From Blastocystis sp. Blastoise (Eukaryota > Protista > Bigyra: Opalinata): a DNA stretch of 64,000 bases. Shown here piece by piece: positions 1 to 17,793 of the stretch. Location of the stretch: NCBI GenBank assembly GCA_039096225.1, contig JBBPEB010000029.1:62001-126000 (forward strand). Reading direction: 5' to 3'. How positions within the stretch are numbered: position 1 is the first letter of the stretch; the number at the start of each line of letters is the position of its first letter. Below the pieces are notes generated by a model. That model was not told the origin of the DNA. It ran no database searches and saw nothing but the letters and a program-made list of their open reading frames with translations. Position numbers and translations under genes: made by a program.

Positions 1-495
1 TTTCTATTCATAAACATCCACAATTCTAGGAATTATCGTTTTTTTAAAACTAAAATCTCACTAATTAAGTGGCATTCGCAATCCATATCTCTCGTCAAGC
101 TCTATCATTCATTCGAAATCATTTTCAATGCATATCTTATCATAGAAATCTTATTCTATCAATTCCATCATCATTTTCTTCTTTTCATAAATACTTTCTT
201 GATATACAAACAAACTTTCATCAGTTTTCTTTTTGATTCATTTTTTTTTTTTAATTTTATTCTTCTAGGGTAGGCTCCCTACCCTAAACAGAAAAAAATA
301 GATCGTGTCTCAAAAAGACATTTTCCATAGTATATTTCGACTATTTTTGTTTTTGTACTAATAAAACCTAGTTTTTCATGATTAACTAGAAAATTTTCAT
401 TATTCGAGAATCGGCTTTCTTTTTTGGAGGCTTTATAATAAAAAAAACAAAAAGAATTTTTTTTTGTAAATAAGTAATATTTAAATAAATCTAAT

Positions 496-956
496 ATGTC
501 TACTGAAGAAACTGAAACACCTGTAGCTAAGGAAGAAAAGAAGGAAGTTCCTACTGAAGAAAACACCATTATTATCAACGTTCGTGATGGAGTATGTTTT
601 TTAATATGTGCTATTTCTTCTTAATCTTATTATTAATCTATTAAACTCATCTTTTATTTAGGAAGGTAGCAATACTTCTTTTAAAGTAAGAAAGAACACT
701 AAGATGCGAAAGATTTTTAAGGCTTATTCCCAAAAACTTGGAAAGGATATCACCAATATACGTTTCATGTTTGATGGTAATCCAGTTGGTGATGATGAAA
801 CTCCCTTATCTGTATATATATATATATATATAAATATATTTTTTATCCATTTTTTAATATTTAAAACAATATATATATATATATATTTATATATAGCTTG
901 GTATGGAAGAGGATGATCAAATTGATGCTGAACTTGAACAAGTTGGTGGTTTCTAA
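496..956 (+). CDS. SUMO: Small ubiquitin-like modifier (SUMO), 3 exons (496-591, 662-811, 897-956)
   Basis: Spliced product MSTEETE...FKVRKNTKMRKIFKAYSQKLGKDITNIRFMFDGNPVGDDETPLSLGMEEDDQIDAELEQVGGF*. Ubiquitin-like fold with the SUMO-type C-terminal QVGG diglycine; GT-AG introns. Confidence 0.93.
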
Positions 957-1215
957 ATGAATTTTTCATGATTTCTTTTTTTTTGTTTTATACATTTTAT
1001 ATATCTTTTATATTTCTCCAAAAATATTTTGTTTTGTTAATTAATTATCTATGTACATTATATTTAAAACAAAATACATTATGGATGAATAAATATATTT
1101 ATAAATACGAATAGTAGAAAACATAATAGAAAAAATATATAGAAATCATTTTTTATTGCCAAAAAAAAAAAGTAATCATAAAAAAACAATATATAAAATC
1201 GTATTATAAGTGTAT

Positions 1216-5457
<4,242 letters not shown>

Positions 5458-5658
5458 TTATCCAAAATGATAATAGACAAGTATATTCTATGTTTTATGA
5501 AATAGAAAATAATTTCTTTTTTTCCTATTTTTTTTTGACCATATTTTTTTTCATCGAAAAAGTTCATGAATAATTGTTCCATGATGAAACTACACCCAAT
5601 TAAATGTTTAGAAGATTTGAAATACCAATAATCATTCTTAATCAGTTAAAGCAAACTT

Positions 5659-5690
5659 AATGATTGGCTTACTTGTTTTAGACCAATCAT
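5659..5690. promoter_or_regulatory. Inverted pair of CCAAT-like boxes in the divergent AlaRS/ASCT promoter
   Basis: ATGATTGG...CCAATCAT inverted repeat. Similar ATGATTGG/CCAATCA occur near 36609 and 49531, upstream of other genes. Function is inferred only. Confidence 0.3.
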
Positions 5691-6266
5691 ATTTAATTAT
5701 TCTCATTTTTCAAATGTATAGTTCATTTTAGCTTTATTTTAGAATTAAAAAGTAGTTTAAGTAATTACCAATATCTAGAAACTTTGTGACATATAAATAT
5801 CTACAATTTTAAACGTTACTACAATAATTTTGATTTACACAAAATGTCACTTTTTACGTATATAAACTATTTTTTTGCTTCTACCAACTCATTTTATAAT
5901 CAAACACACTTATATCAACGAATTCTAATAAATAATGATATCAAAATGTTACATATTAATGATAATATTAATTTAGAGTTATGGAGAACATTTGTTTTTA
6001 TTAAAACATTATAAAATCAGCTTGCTATGACTATGTTTGGATTATATTTATTTAAAAAGAAAAATACACCAAAAAGGGAAACTTTAAGAAAAGAGAAACT
6101 GTCAAATAACGGGAAAAATCACATTCTCATTTATTTTTCTAATAAATTCGCGGTTTTATGAGATTAAGTCTTTATGAAAAAAAAGTCTGTCAAAAACAAC
6201 GCAAAAAACATACAATTCTATTCTTTGAAGTCTATTTTATTGACATTGATATATAACATAAATAAT

Positions 6267-7099
6267 ATGTTTGCAATCAATCAAGCAGTAAAGTGCGGTG
6301 TTAGAGCTACAAGTAGTTTCCGTTCTATAGCTACTTTAAGAAATCCTATGATTCCTACACCTGGAAAACAATGTAAGATATGTAGTCCAGAAGAAGCTGT
6401 TCGTTGTGTTCAAAGTGATGATAAAGTATAAACTCGATTTATTATTCTTTGTAAACTACTTTTTCCTGATTCTATAGGTTTATTTACATATGGCTGCATC
6501 TTGTCCAGTTCCTTTAGTCAATGCTTTGACTGAGGTATATTATTTCAATTATATTTATGTAAATATTATTTTATATCATTGTTTAGACTAGTATTGAACG
6601 TGGTCTTAAGAATGTTGAAATGGTTCATCTTCTTACTGAAGGAACAGCTCCATATACTGATCCTAAATATAAGGATGTATTTTCTACTAGAGGTTTATTT
6701 TTAACTAAAAATACTCGTAAAGCAGTTAATTCTGGTAATGCTGATTATGTACCTGTTTTCTTTAATATGATTCCTCAAATGTTTAAACAGGGTATTTTAA
6801 AAGTTGACTGCTGTTTTATTCAAGTATCCCCTCCTGATGAGAATGGTATGTGTACACTAGGTATTGGATCTGAATGTGTTCCTGCAGCTCTTTCTACATG
6901 CAAATATATAGTAGCTGAGATAAATGATAAAATGCCTCGTACTTATGGTGATGTATATATACATATAAGTAATATTGATTATGCCATTAAAACCAGTAGA
7001 GATATTCCTCTTGTTCCCCCAGCTAAGGGTAATGAACAAACTGCTGCTATTGGTAAAATAATCGCGGAAAATTTAATTAAAGATGGAGCTACTCTTCAA

Positions 7100-7190
<91 letters not shown>

Positions 7191-7320
7191 GGTAGGTATA
7201 GGTACTATTCCTGATGCTGTTTTAGCTTGTTTACATAACCATAAGGACCTTGGTGTTCACACCGAAATGTTTACCGATGGTATGGTGGATCTTATTAAGA
7301 GTGGAGCCGTCAATAACTCT

Positions 7321-7357
<37 letters not shown>

Positions 7358-8014
7358 TATTATCTATATTATACTTTATATTAATATATATAGAAAATTG
7401 ATGATAATGGAAAATCAACAACTACTTTCGTCATGGGAACACAAAAGACATATGAATATGTTCGTGAAAATCCCCTAGTTACCTTCCGTGAAGTTGGCTA
7501 TACTAATGATCCTTTTGTTATTATGAAACAACCTGGTTTTGTAGCATTGAATTCATGTATTGAAATGGATTTAACGGGTCAAATAGTAAGTGATTCTATT
7601 GGAACTTCTATTTTCAGTGGATTTGGTGGTCAAGTTGATTATTTATATGGTGCTCTTCGTAATCCTCAAGGTGTTCCAATTATAGCTATTCCCTCTACTA
7701 CCCCTAAAGGAGCGTCAAAAATAGTTCCCTTCTTACGTCCTGGTGCTGGTGTTGTCACCTCTAGAGCTCATGTTAGGTATATATATATATTATTACTATA
7801 TATATTATATTTATTATTCAGTAATCACATTATAAACATTTATATATATATCTATATATATATATCTAGATACATCGTAACAGAGTATGGAATAGCAGAT
7901 TTATGGGGAAAGAGTTTACGTGAGCGTGCGAGAGCGTTAATAAATATATCTCATCCAAATCATAGGCAATCTCTTTATGATGCAGCTGTGCAACAATTAG
8001 GATTGAAATTATAA
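6267..8014 (+). CDS. ASCT: Acetate:succinate CoA-transferase (acetyl-CoA hydrolase/transferase family, ASCT 1B-like) with mitochondrial-type presequence, 6 exons
   Basis: N-terminus MFAINQAVKCGVRATSSFRSIAT is R/S/A-rich and lacks acidic residues. Motifs IQVSPPDENGMCTLG, DGATLQVGIGTIPDAV, LGVHTEMFTDG (catalytic Glu), SGFGGQVDY, IVTEYGIADLWGKSLRERARALINISHP. Confidence 0.88.
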
Positions 8015-8181
8015 TTTATATATATATTATATATATATTTCTCTATCTCTTTATATATCATTAAAAAATTTATGAATAATAATTTGTTTATAGAATATTA
8101 TTATATATTTAATAATAAACAAAACAAACAAATAATAATAAAAAGAAAGAATAAAATAAATAAATAATAAAATAAAAAATA

Positions 8182-10655
8182 TTAAAGTATTTCAACAGTT
8201 CCTTTGCTTCCATCGACTTTAATTCTCATACCAGTTTTGACTTTTTCCATAAGATTCTGTACATTAACAACACAAGGAATACCCATTTCTCTAGCTACAA
8301 TAGAACCATGAGTAAGAGGACCACCTATAGCAATCACAACAGCAGAAGCAGGTACAAATAAAGGTGTCCAACCAGGATCAGTAGCAGGAGCAACTAATAT
8401 ATCACCTTTCTTTAAATGTCCTTCTCGAGGATCTAAAACAACTACTGCTCTTCCTTCAACTATACCTGCAGAAGTAGGCATTCCTTTTAAGATATTTTCA
8501 GATAAATCTAATAATTCTTGTTTTGTTTGTTCAGATATATTGACAATAGATGCATAAGGAGATACAATTATACGAGGAGAAGAAATAGATTTAGCACGTA
8601 TATAAATAGATTTACGTTGTTGAAGAAGAGTAGTCATTTTAGTAATATCTACTTTATTTTGTTCATAATCACATAATTCATCAATAGAGAAATGGAAAAC
8701 ATCTTGAAAATCATGAATTATTCCTTTTTTCATCATCTTATGACCTAATTGTATAATTAATTTACGTTGACAAAAAAATATTGAGATTAATACATATTTA
8801 GGATGTTCTCGATAAGTCAACATAAGTCTAGCAACAGGTAAATAATAACGAATTGTTTCAGCATCTTTCTTTGATACTTTTGAACATATCTAAAAAGTAT
8901 TATTATAATATTATTATATATATAAATACTTCATCAACAGCTTCATCTGCTTTCTTTTCTAAATAATCAGGTGATTTCTCTTCTACATTCTCATAAGAAG
9001 TATTTAATATAGTTAAAAGAATAATTGATGGTTTATCTTCATATCTATATAAATATTATTATTATTATTATTATTAATACATATATACTTTGGAGAACTA
9101 ATCATAATTTCACCAGGACCTCTTCTTCCAAATTTATTCATAAATTCATTCCATTGTATATATAATTGTTGATGAGAAGTAAGAGGAGATTCAGATAATG
9201 AAATCATATATTGTTTTATTTTTTCTTCTTCTTCATTCTTTGATAAAGTCTATAAAGATATTTTTATTATTATAAAAGTATATTAATAATAATATAATAA
9301 TAATATAATAATAATAAAAATAATATAATAATAAAAAAAAATATATAATAATAAAATAATAAAAATATACTAATAACTTTTCAATAAATCCAGTTTCTTC
9401 TTCTTCACATTTGATAAATAATAAATGTAATTGAGTAGTTGCATAATCCATTTGACTAGCTATATTCTCTTTTCTTCCTCCATACATTCGTTCTACTTCA
9501 TCTTCATGTATTCCATATTTTAATACAATTTGATTGATTTTATGTTGAGTTAATAAAGAAGGAACTAAAAGAGGTAGAAGTCCTTTAATAAGCATAGTTA
9601 TTTTTAAAGGAGTATCACGAAGAGAAGTTAATGTAATAGTATTTTTATGATTCTTTAATTCATCTAATATATTATTATAATAATTAATTAATGAATCAAT
9701 TCACTCTTTAATCTCTTTACATAGACGAGACGGATTAAAATTAAATACCCAATTCCATAATATAGATCGAATAGTAGGTAAAGCTATATTAAATATCGCT
9801 TTTATTAAAGGTTTCATAGCAATAGTAGAAGAATAATAAGGAAGATCACTCTTATTATATTCATTAGATATCTATTAATATATATAAAATTAATTATAAA
9901 TATATATAAAATTAATTATAAATATATATATAAAATTAATTATAAATATACATTAGCTACTTCTTTGTCTACATTTGATCCAAGGAATTTTAAGAATTGT
10001 TTTCTTATAAAAGAGATATTCATTAATGGTGAATATTCAAAGAACATATATCCACCTATCCATCGAACATAAGTATCTGTTTTAAGCATAGCATTATTCA
10101 CACAAGAGAAACTACAATAAGTCCAAGGAACTGTTAACATTTGAATACAATTAAAATTAGCATAACTGTGATATATCTTCTTATATTCATCTGATAATGG
10201 ATTTAAATCATTAGGTAAATCTAATAAAGTAGTAATAGGTCTTGCTTGAACTATATACATCTTTTCTTTATATATACAAAATTCCATATCCATTGGTTTC
10301 TTATAATAGTTCTCGATATCTACAGCATATTGACTTATTGTATAAATTTTTAGAAAATATTTCATAGATCTCATCACTTATCATCTCAGCATCTTCTAAA
10401 GTAAATTTATTTGCTTAGAAATATCAGAATATTTCTTAATTAATTCAAGTTTGTTTGCAAATACACGATAACCATCTGTTGTTATAATAAATCCTTCTGG
10501 CACAGGAAATCCTCCTTCTGTTAATTTCACTAATGAAGATCCTTTACCACCTAAAGCTTCTACTGAAGTAATTCCTTTTGGATTTGTAATCTATTTATAT
10601 ATTTTTTTAAATATTATTATATATATAAATTATATACATCTACTAAATAAGTCAT
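8182..10655 (-). pseudogene. Rifampicin-phosphotransferase/PEP-synthase-like gene with introns; frameshift plus large internal deletion in the ATP-grasp domain (pseudogene or assembly defect)
   Basis: N-terminal LGGKGSSLVKL..GFPVPEGFIITTDGY; DIENYYKKPMDMEFCI..MYIVQARPITTL; FMNKFGRRGPGEI; YREHPKY; swivel-His domain TDPGWTPLF..GGPLTHGSIVAREMGIPCVV. In-frame TAG/TGA/TAA near 10378-10400. The VRSSA..ED..SFAGQ core is absent. Confidence 0.75.
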
Positions 10656-11233
10656 TTTAATTGTTAATTGCTAATTATTATTATGAAAATAAAATATGAG
10701 AATTGTTCATAAATCACACAATAATTCATTCATAAATCTTAACGAATAATGCATCATTCTAAAAGAATACTCGAAACCAGAATCTTGAATCGAATTTTTA
10801 GGTTAACAAATAATAGGATTATAAAGTTGGAAAATTGGAAACACAATACTCGTCATTCATATACAAATAAAACAGAAGAAAAAATCAGTTCTTTAAGAAT
10901 TGTATTGTTTCTATTTTATTGAGAATATCATTGAAAACATAATATTGAGTTTTAAAATATATATAAAATGAATTCTTTATATATATATATATATATATAA
11001 AAGGAAAAAAAATCGAATTCATTCTATAATTTTTCTATTTATTTTTAATTAAAAAAAAAAATTCTTAAGAATTGAATATTATAATTATTTAAAAAGAAAA
11101 TAATTCTATTTTAATTATAAAAAAAATAATTCTTTTAAAAAAACAAAAACAAAACAAATGTATATATATTTTTCTAACATTAAATACCTTTCAATATACA
11201 TAAAAATGATAAAAATAAAAATAAAAACAAATT

Positions 11234-11578
11234 TACATAATAATTAACAAAGAAAAATAAAAACTAATATAAATAAATAAAAACTAATATATAATTTGAA
11301 GCAAAATTTAATTAATATAGAAAGCGTGAATTAATAAAGAAAGAGAGAAAAAAAAACATTTTCTATTTTATTAAAAAAAATAAATTATATATAGATTTGG
11401 AAAATAAAAAAAATATATTAAAATAAATATATAATTAAAAAAAAGTACATTCTTTTAGATCATTTTTTGAGGTTGATTTCGTTGAAGTGTTGTATTTGGT
11501 TGTTCAAGTTTATGTATTTGCATCTTCTTCTTCTTCTTTAAAATATATATAGAAACTAGAATAGCAATAATGAATAAG

Positions 11579-11609
<31 letters not shown>

Positions 11610-14600
11610 GTATAGTATTATTATTAGGAATATAATATTCTGTAGATATTCCAGAAACATCTAAATAAATCTTTTGAATTTCTTGTAAAGTTTCTATATT
11701 TGTATTATTATGTATATTATATAATAATATATTTGAATTTATTGATGTATACATCGTTGTCGTTATAGTATTAACTTCTGTTTCTTTTACTATTATTCGT
11801 ATAGTAATTATAGTTCTATTATAATTTATATTATTATTATTATTATCATTCATATCTATTATAGATAATATACGAACTAATTCACTTTCAATATTAATAT
11901 TATTATTATATAATGAAACAATAGATTGTCTAAAGATTTCTTGAGAATCAGGTTTTTTCATGGATATAGAAGATGGACCTTCAATAATTAATGGAATATG
12001 TATAAATACATAATTTTCATTTGGAGTTTCTTCACTATTATATATAAAACAATTTTTTGTATTTATATTATTATCCCAAGTAGCATTATGAAATCCACCA
12101 TCAATACAATCTCTAGATTGTATTCCAGAAAACCCATTTGAACATTCTATATAACTAGTTTGACGTCTTTCTATACTTAACCATAATGAATTGTCTTTTT
12201 CTTCTTCTTCTATACATTTTAAGGGTAATACTTCTATTGTTAATATATATATTATTGTATTACGAGGATTTGTTAATGTTATAGTATATATAAATTGACC
12301 TAATTCTAAAGGTATACCTTCTATGATACCTGTATTAATATCAAAAGATAATCCTTTAAGAATAGAAGGAGAAATAGTCATAGATTCTAAAAATAATCCT
12401 GTACGAATAGGAATTTGAGAATCAAGAGAATCATAACGATATATAGATATAAAAGAAGAAGGATATATAAGTGTAGGAATACGTAATTGACATGTAGAAT
12501 ATTCATTAAGCCATATACCAGGTGATCCAATAAGACAATTACGTGTACGATATCCTTCATAATTTATTGGATCTTCACAAGATAGAGTAGAATTCGATCC
12601 TATTTCAGTTTTCATCCATATTCCTTCTTCATTACAATATTCATTAATTATTATAAGATTTATTGTAGTATTTAAAGATCCAGCAGGATTTGATACAGTT
12701 ATTATATAAGAAGAATTTATTGTTTCTATTAATGGTATTCCATAAATAGTTCCTGTAGTTATATTAATAGATAAACCTAAAGGTAAAGAAGGATATATAG
12801 AAAAAGAAAGAAGTACACCTTCTATTATAGGATTAATTGAATATTCTAATAATTTAATAAATGTAAATGTATTTGATATATATTCTATATGTAATGGTGG
12901 AAGAGGATCACATAAAAATTGATTTTCTTCAAAATGACTATTTATACATAATCTTTTTTGTATACCTTTATAACCTAATGGACATTCTTTATATGCTTCT
13001 GTATTATCATAAGCACCAATATATCCATCAAAAGGATTACATGATAATTTATTATTTGTTATATAAAAAGATAATTCTGCTAATTGAAAATATATATTAT
13101 TATTATTATTATCATTTTGACAATCTAAATAATCATCTTGAAGAATATTATGATTATTACATTCATTTATATAAAGACGATAACTATTATAAGATTCAGA
13201 TATATAAAAATCATAACTAATACTTTGTTTATAAGTTGTATAATATTGATGACGTACAGAATGTAATAAAGTCCATGTTTCTCCATGATTATTACTACCT
13301 TCTAATCTCCAACCAGAAGGATGACGTTTATTACATTTTGGACCTGTTATAATAGTATATTTATTAATATATTCACGTCTATTATTATTATATGTCCAAG
13401 TATATATAGATCCTAAACATTGTGGTCCAGAAATTGTATAAGTAAGAGGATTATTATCAAATAATTTTGATATATCATATATTGGATCAATATTAATATT
13501 ATTAGTTGTATATATACCATCAATCATTCTATATTCATTAGTAGATATTAAATGAATACTACAACCAAATCCATTTATTATAGGTAAATTATATTGACGA
13601 TGTGTTTCTATAGCTATTATATTTAATCCTTGAATTAAACAAGGATTAGATAATAATATACTTATACTAAAAGAAGTATAATTAGTATATTCATAAGTAG
13701 CTAATGTAGATGAAGTAATATTAATATTATTAGGTAAATGAATACGATTTATTTCTATTCCATTTATATAAAGAATCATACCAGCATAAGTATAAGTAGT
13801 AATTTCCATAGATACATAAAGAGAAGATAAAATAGGAATTAAAAATGAACTTCTATAATATTGAGTTATTCCTAAAGGAGAAGGAAGAGTAGAACTAATA
13901 CTTGTAGACCAATAAGAATCATCATAATTAGGTAATATCCAATTAGATTCTGGTATATTTCGATTATTAAGATATTTCCAAGTAGTTGTTTTTAAATTCA
14001 TTAAATAACCTATATTAAATGAAATAGTAATAGGAAGAATAGTTTGTGGTAAAACAATAGAAGAATAAAGTATAGTACCATCTTCTAATAAAATAGTATA
14101 TTTACTATTAATCCAATCATTTTCAGTTGTATCAAATAAATGAAGTGTATAAATAGAAGTTATTTTACAAAAACTATAATAATCAGTAGAAAGTGGTGTA
14201 CTAGTATTTTTAGAATCAATTAATTGATTTGAATTATCATAAAGAGACCATCCTGCATATCTAGAATTTTCATTCATTTCAAATTGAAATATAAATAAAT
14301 TATAAGGAGAATCACAAGAAAGTACTTCTAAAGTAATAGTAGTATTAACTTGTATTCCTTGTATAGAATAAGCATTAATAGAATAAATAGTTGATGAAAA
14401 TGGATATATAGGTATTCCATTAATATATCCATTACTACTATCAATAGATAATGGAGAAGGAAGAGAAGGAGATATAGTAAAATTTGTATAATAAGGTGAA
14501 GAAGAAAGAAGAGGAGGAAAATGAATACCTTTATATGTACTAAGTATATTCATAGAAAAAGAAAGTGGAGGAATAATAATAGATGTAAAATCATCTATAT

Positions 14601-17600
14601 AAAATTCTAATTCAGAAAGTGAATATTGATTTATTAATAAATTTGAATTTGTTTTTGTTGCTATAAATTGATATCCTTTATAAAAATTTGTATTTTGTGA
14701 TATATAAAAACATTGTTTTTGATTTCTATCTTCCCAAGATATATTATGTTGTATATCAAGAAGTATTAATGTTTTATTATCTGAGATATTATTATTATCT
14801 TCTATACCATATAAAATCCAATCAATAGGATCTTCTTCTTTTTTTATCATTGAAGATATTAAACAATATTTATTAAAATAATAAGTATTATGATTATTAA
14901 ATAAAATTGTAATTCCTTTAGATTCTGTTATATTAAATGTATTTGATATCCATCTTGTAGATAAATCATGATCTTGTATATATATAGCTTTACTTGTATT
15001 ACATCCTCCTTCACAATTATATTCAGCAGAATAAGATATAGGAATAGAAGAATCAACAAATAATCGGAAATTTATATCAAATAAAAATTTATTATTTTTT
15101 GTAGTAGGAAATAAAATAACAAAAGAAAGTGTAATATAATTATTATTATCTAATAAATACATAGGTCCAGAAATTGTTTTCCAAGTATATTCATCTTCTT
15201 CTTCTGTAGCTATAGTTGTAGTAATATTGAATATATTTTCATTTACATATAATGAATAAATAAGATGTTCATTTATATAAGCTAAAATACCTGATTTTGA
15301 TTTTATATATAATATCCATCCTTTACTAATAGATTTTGAACTAAGAGAATATGTTTTTCTTACTAATATAATACGTTTATTAAGTATTAAAGGTGTTTGA
15401 GTTGAAGAAGTAGGTAAAGAATTCCAAGATGCATCATCATAAGAATAACTAGTCCATGAAGAAGGAATAATAGTAGATACAATATAATATTTTAATCCAG
15501 AATATGAATATACATCAAATTTTGTATTTAAAGTATAATTCTTTTGAGAACCATTAATTAATGAGAAATAACCAAAAGAAAATAAATGTATACCTTCAAT
15601 ACGTTGATAGAATTCTACATAAGAATTTGAGTCCCAACCATTCTTTCCAAAATCATTAAGAACAAGTGTATATATACCACTAGGAATACATTTTGTATAA
15701 TTAGATATAGAAGGAAGAGAAGAAGAAGAAGAAGAAGAAGGATGAGAGAAAATAAGTATTTGTTCAGAATTATAAAGTGAGAAAGATTCTTCATTCGAAT
15801 GAATAGAATTATGTTTTGTTATAAAAAGTTGAGTAGATAATGGTTGAAAACAACCTATATAAATAATATATAAATAAATAAATAATTTTCTTTTTTTAAT
15901 AAAAAAAAAATAATTATAATATAATAAAATAAATATAAATATATATACCATTAATAATAAGAGGAATATTTATAGAATATGAATAATGAGTAATTCCATG
16001 TAAAGCAGAAAGTATATATTGTTGTTGAATACCTTCTAAGGGTGTACCATAAATAGCTCCATTATTAGGATTTAAGGATAATCCAAGAGGAAGAGAAGGA
16101 GTAATCCAATAAGAATAATATCCACTATTCAAGGGTTTCCAATAAAGAGGTACATCTGTATAAGCAATCCAGTCACTTTCAGAGAAAAAGAGGCCTTCGG
16201 GAAGAATCGATTGATTTGAAGTTAATATACGAAATTCAGAAAATTCTACACTATTTCCATCTGTAGAAGATACTATAGATATGTAATTATAATAATAATA
16301 TATATATTATAATAAATATAAAAATAAATATAAAATATAAATAATAAATATAAATATAAAAATAAATATAAATAAATAAAAAATAAAAATAAAAATAAAA
16401 AATAAATATAAAAATATAAAAATATAAATATAAATATAAATACATATTTCAATTTTAATAGCATTACAAATAAATTTATTAGATCTTAAATAATATGTAT
16501 ATATAGTATTTCTATTTAAGAAAGATTGATCTTGTTGATAATCTAAAAAATACCAAGTAATACCCTGATCTGAACTTCCATAAATACGCCATAATTGAGG
16601 ATCCCCGTGGGAATTACTTGGAGAAGAAATAATTTGATATCCATTAAACCAAGCACGACTATTATATTTATTATATATTATATATTATATATTATTATTA
16701 TTATTATATATATACTGTAAATTAGGTAGAATATAAGTTAATGTTGTATTTTGAGTAGAAGATATATAAGTAGTACTTGGATTATTATCAAATGCATTTA
16801 TACAACTTATAGAATTAGGAATAGATATACAATTTCCATTTAATATATCAATAATTGAATCTTCTATATATATAATATATAATATAATATTATATTATAT
16901 ATATATATATACCTTGTCCATAGTTGATATTTGCTTCGATATCAAATGGGTCATGATCTCCTAATTGAGTCTCCATAGCATGTATTTCAATACCAATACA
17001 TAATATAGAAGAAGGGAAATAAATAGAACTTGGAATTGTTATACTATATATATAATATATATATATATAGAATACATATATATATATTATATATATATAT
17101 ACCTTTTCCAAGTAGAAGTTGATTCTTGAAAAAGACTTTGAGTAGTAGAAGTAATATTTCCTCTATATATAATATATAAATATAATATATAAATATAATA
17201 TATAAATATAATATACTCAGGAAGTCCTTCACGATATATTTCTATACCATTAATATAAGTAATAAATGCAGAATCTGTTTTAAAAGATAAAATGAAAGAG
17301 AAAGAATCTTGAAGAATAATAGTAGTAGTATATCGATAATAACGAGTAATTGTAGAAACAGCTTGGAAATAACCGTTACGAATAGAAAGCCAATTAGAAG
17401 CATCAAAATCACTATTTAACCAATTAGAATTCATTTGAGTTTCTTTTGTAAATTGAACAGTACTACCAGCAGGTATTGTCATTCTAGCTATAATATTATA
17501 TTATATTTATTATATTTATTATATTTATTCTATATACCTTGAAAAGGAATTGTTTTAATATCACTTTCAGGACCTGTAGATTCTAAAAATAATTGAGTAT

Positions 17601-17758
17601 TAAATTTAATTTGAATAGTAGAACCAATAGACCAACCATCACCAAAACTATATTAAACATTTATATTAATTAATATAAAGAAAGAAAGAAAGAAAAAATA
17701 AATAAAATAAATAAATAAAAAAAATAAATAAAAAAAATAAATAAATAAATAAAAAAAA

Positions 17759-17793
<35 letters not shown>

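Noticed and set aside
1-478. Possible minus-strand coding fragment at the window start and ORF 279-578
   Set aside because: Stops in the frames examined and no recognisable motif. ORF 279-578 is largely antisense to SUMO exon 1 and its promoter.
12867-13220. Antisense 117-aa ORF, repeated at 62010-62363
   Set aside because: Shadow of the large exon; it recurs only because of the duplication.
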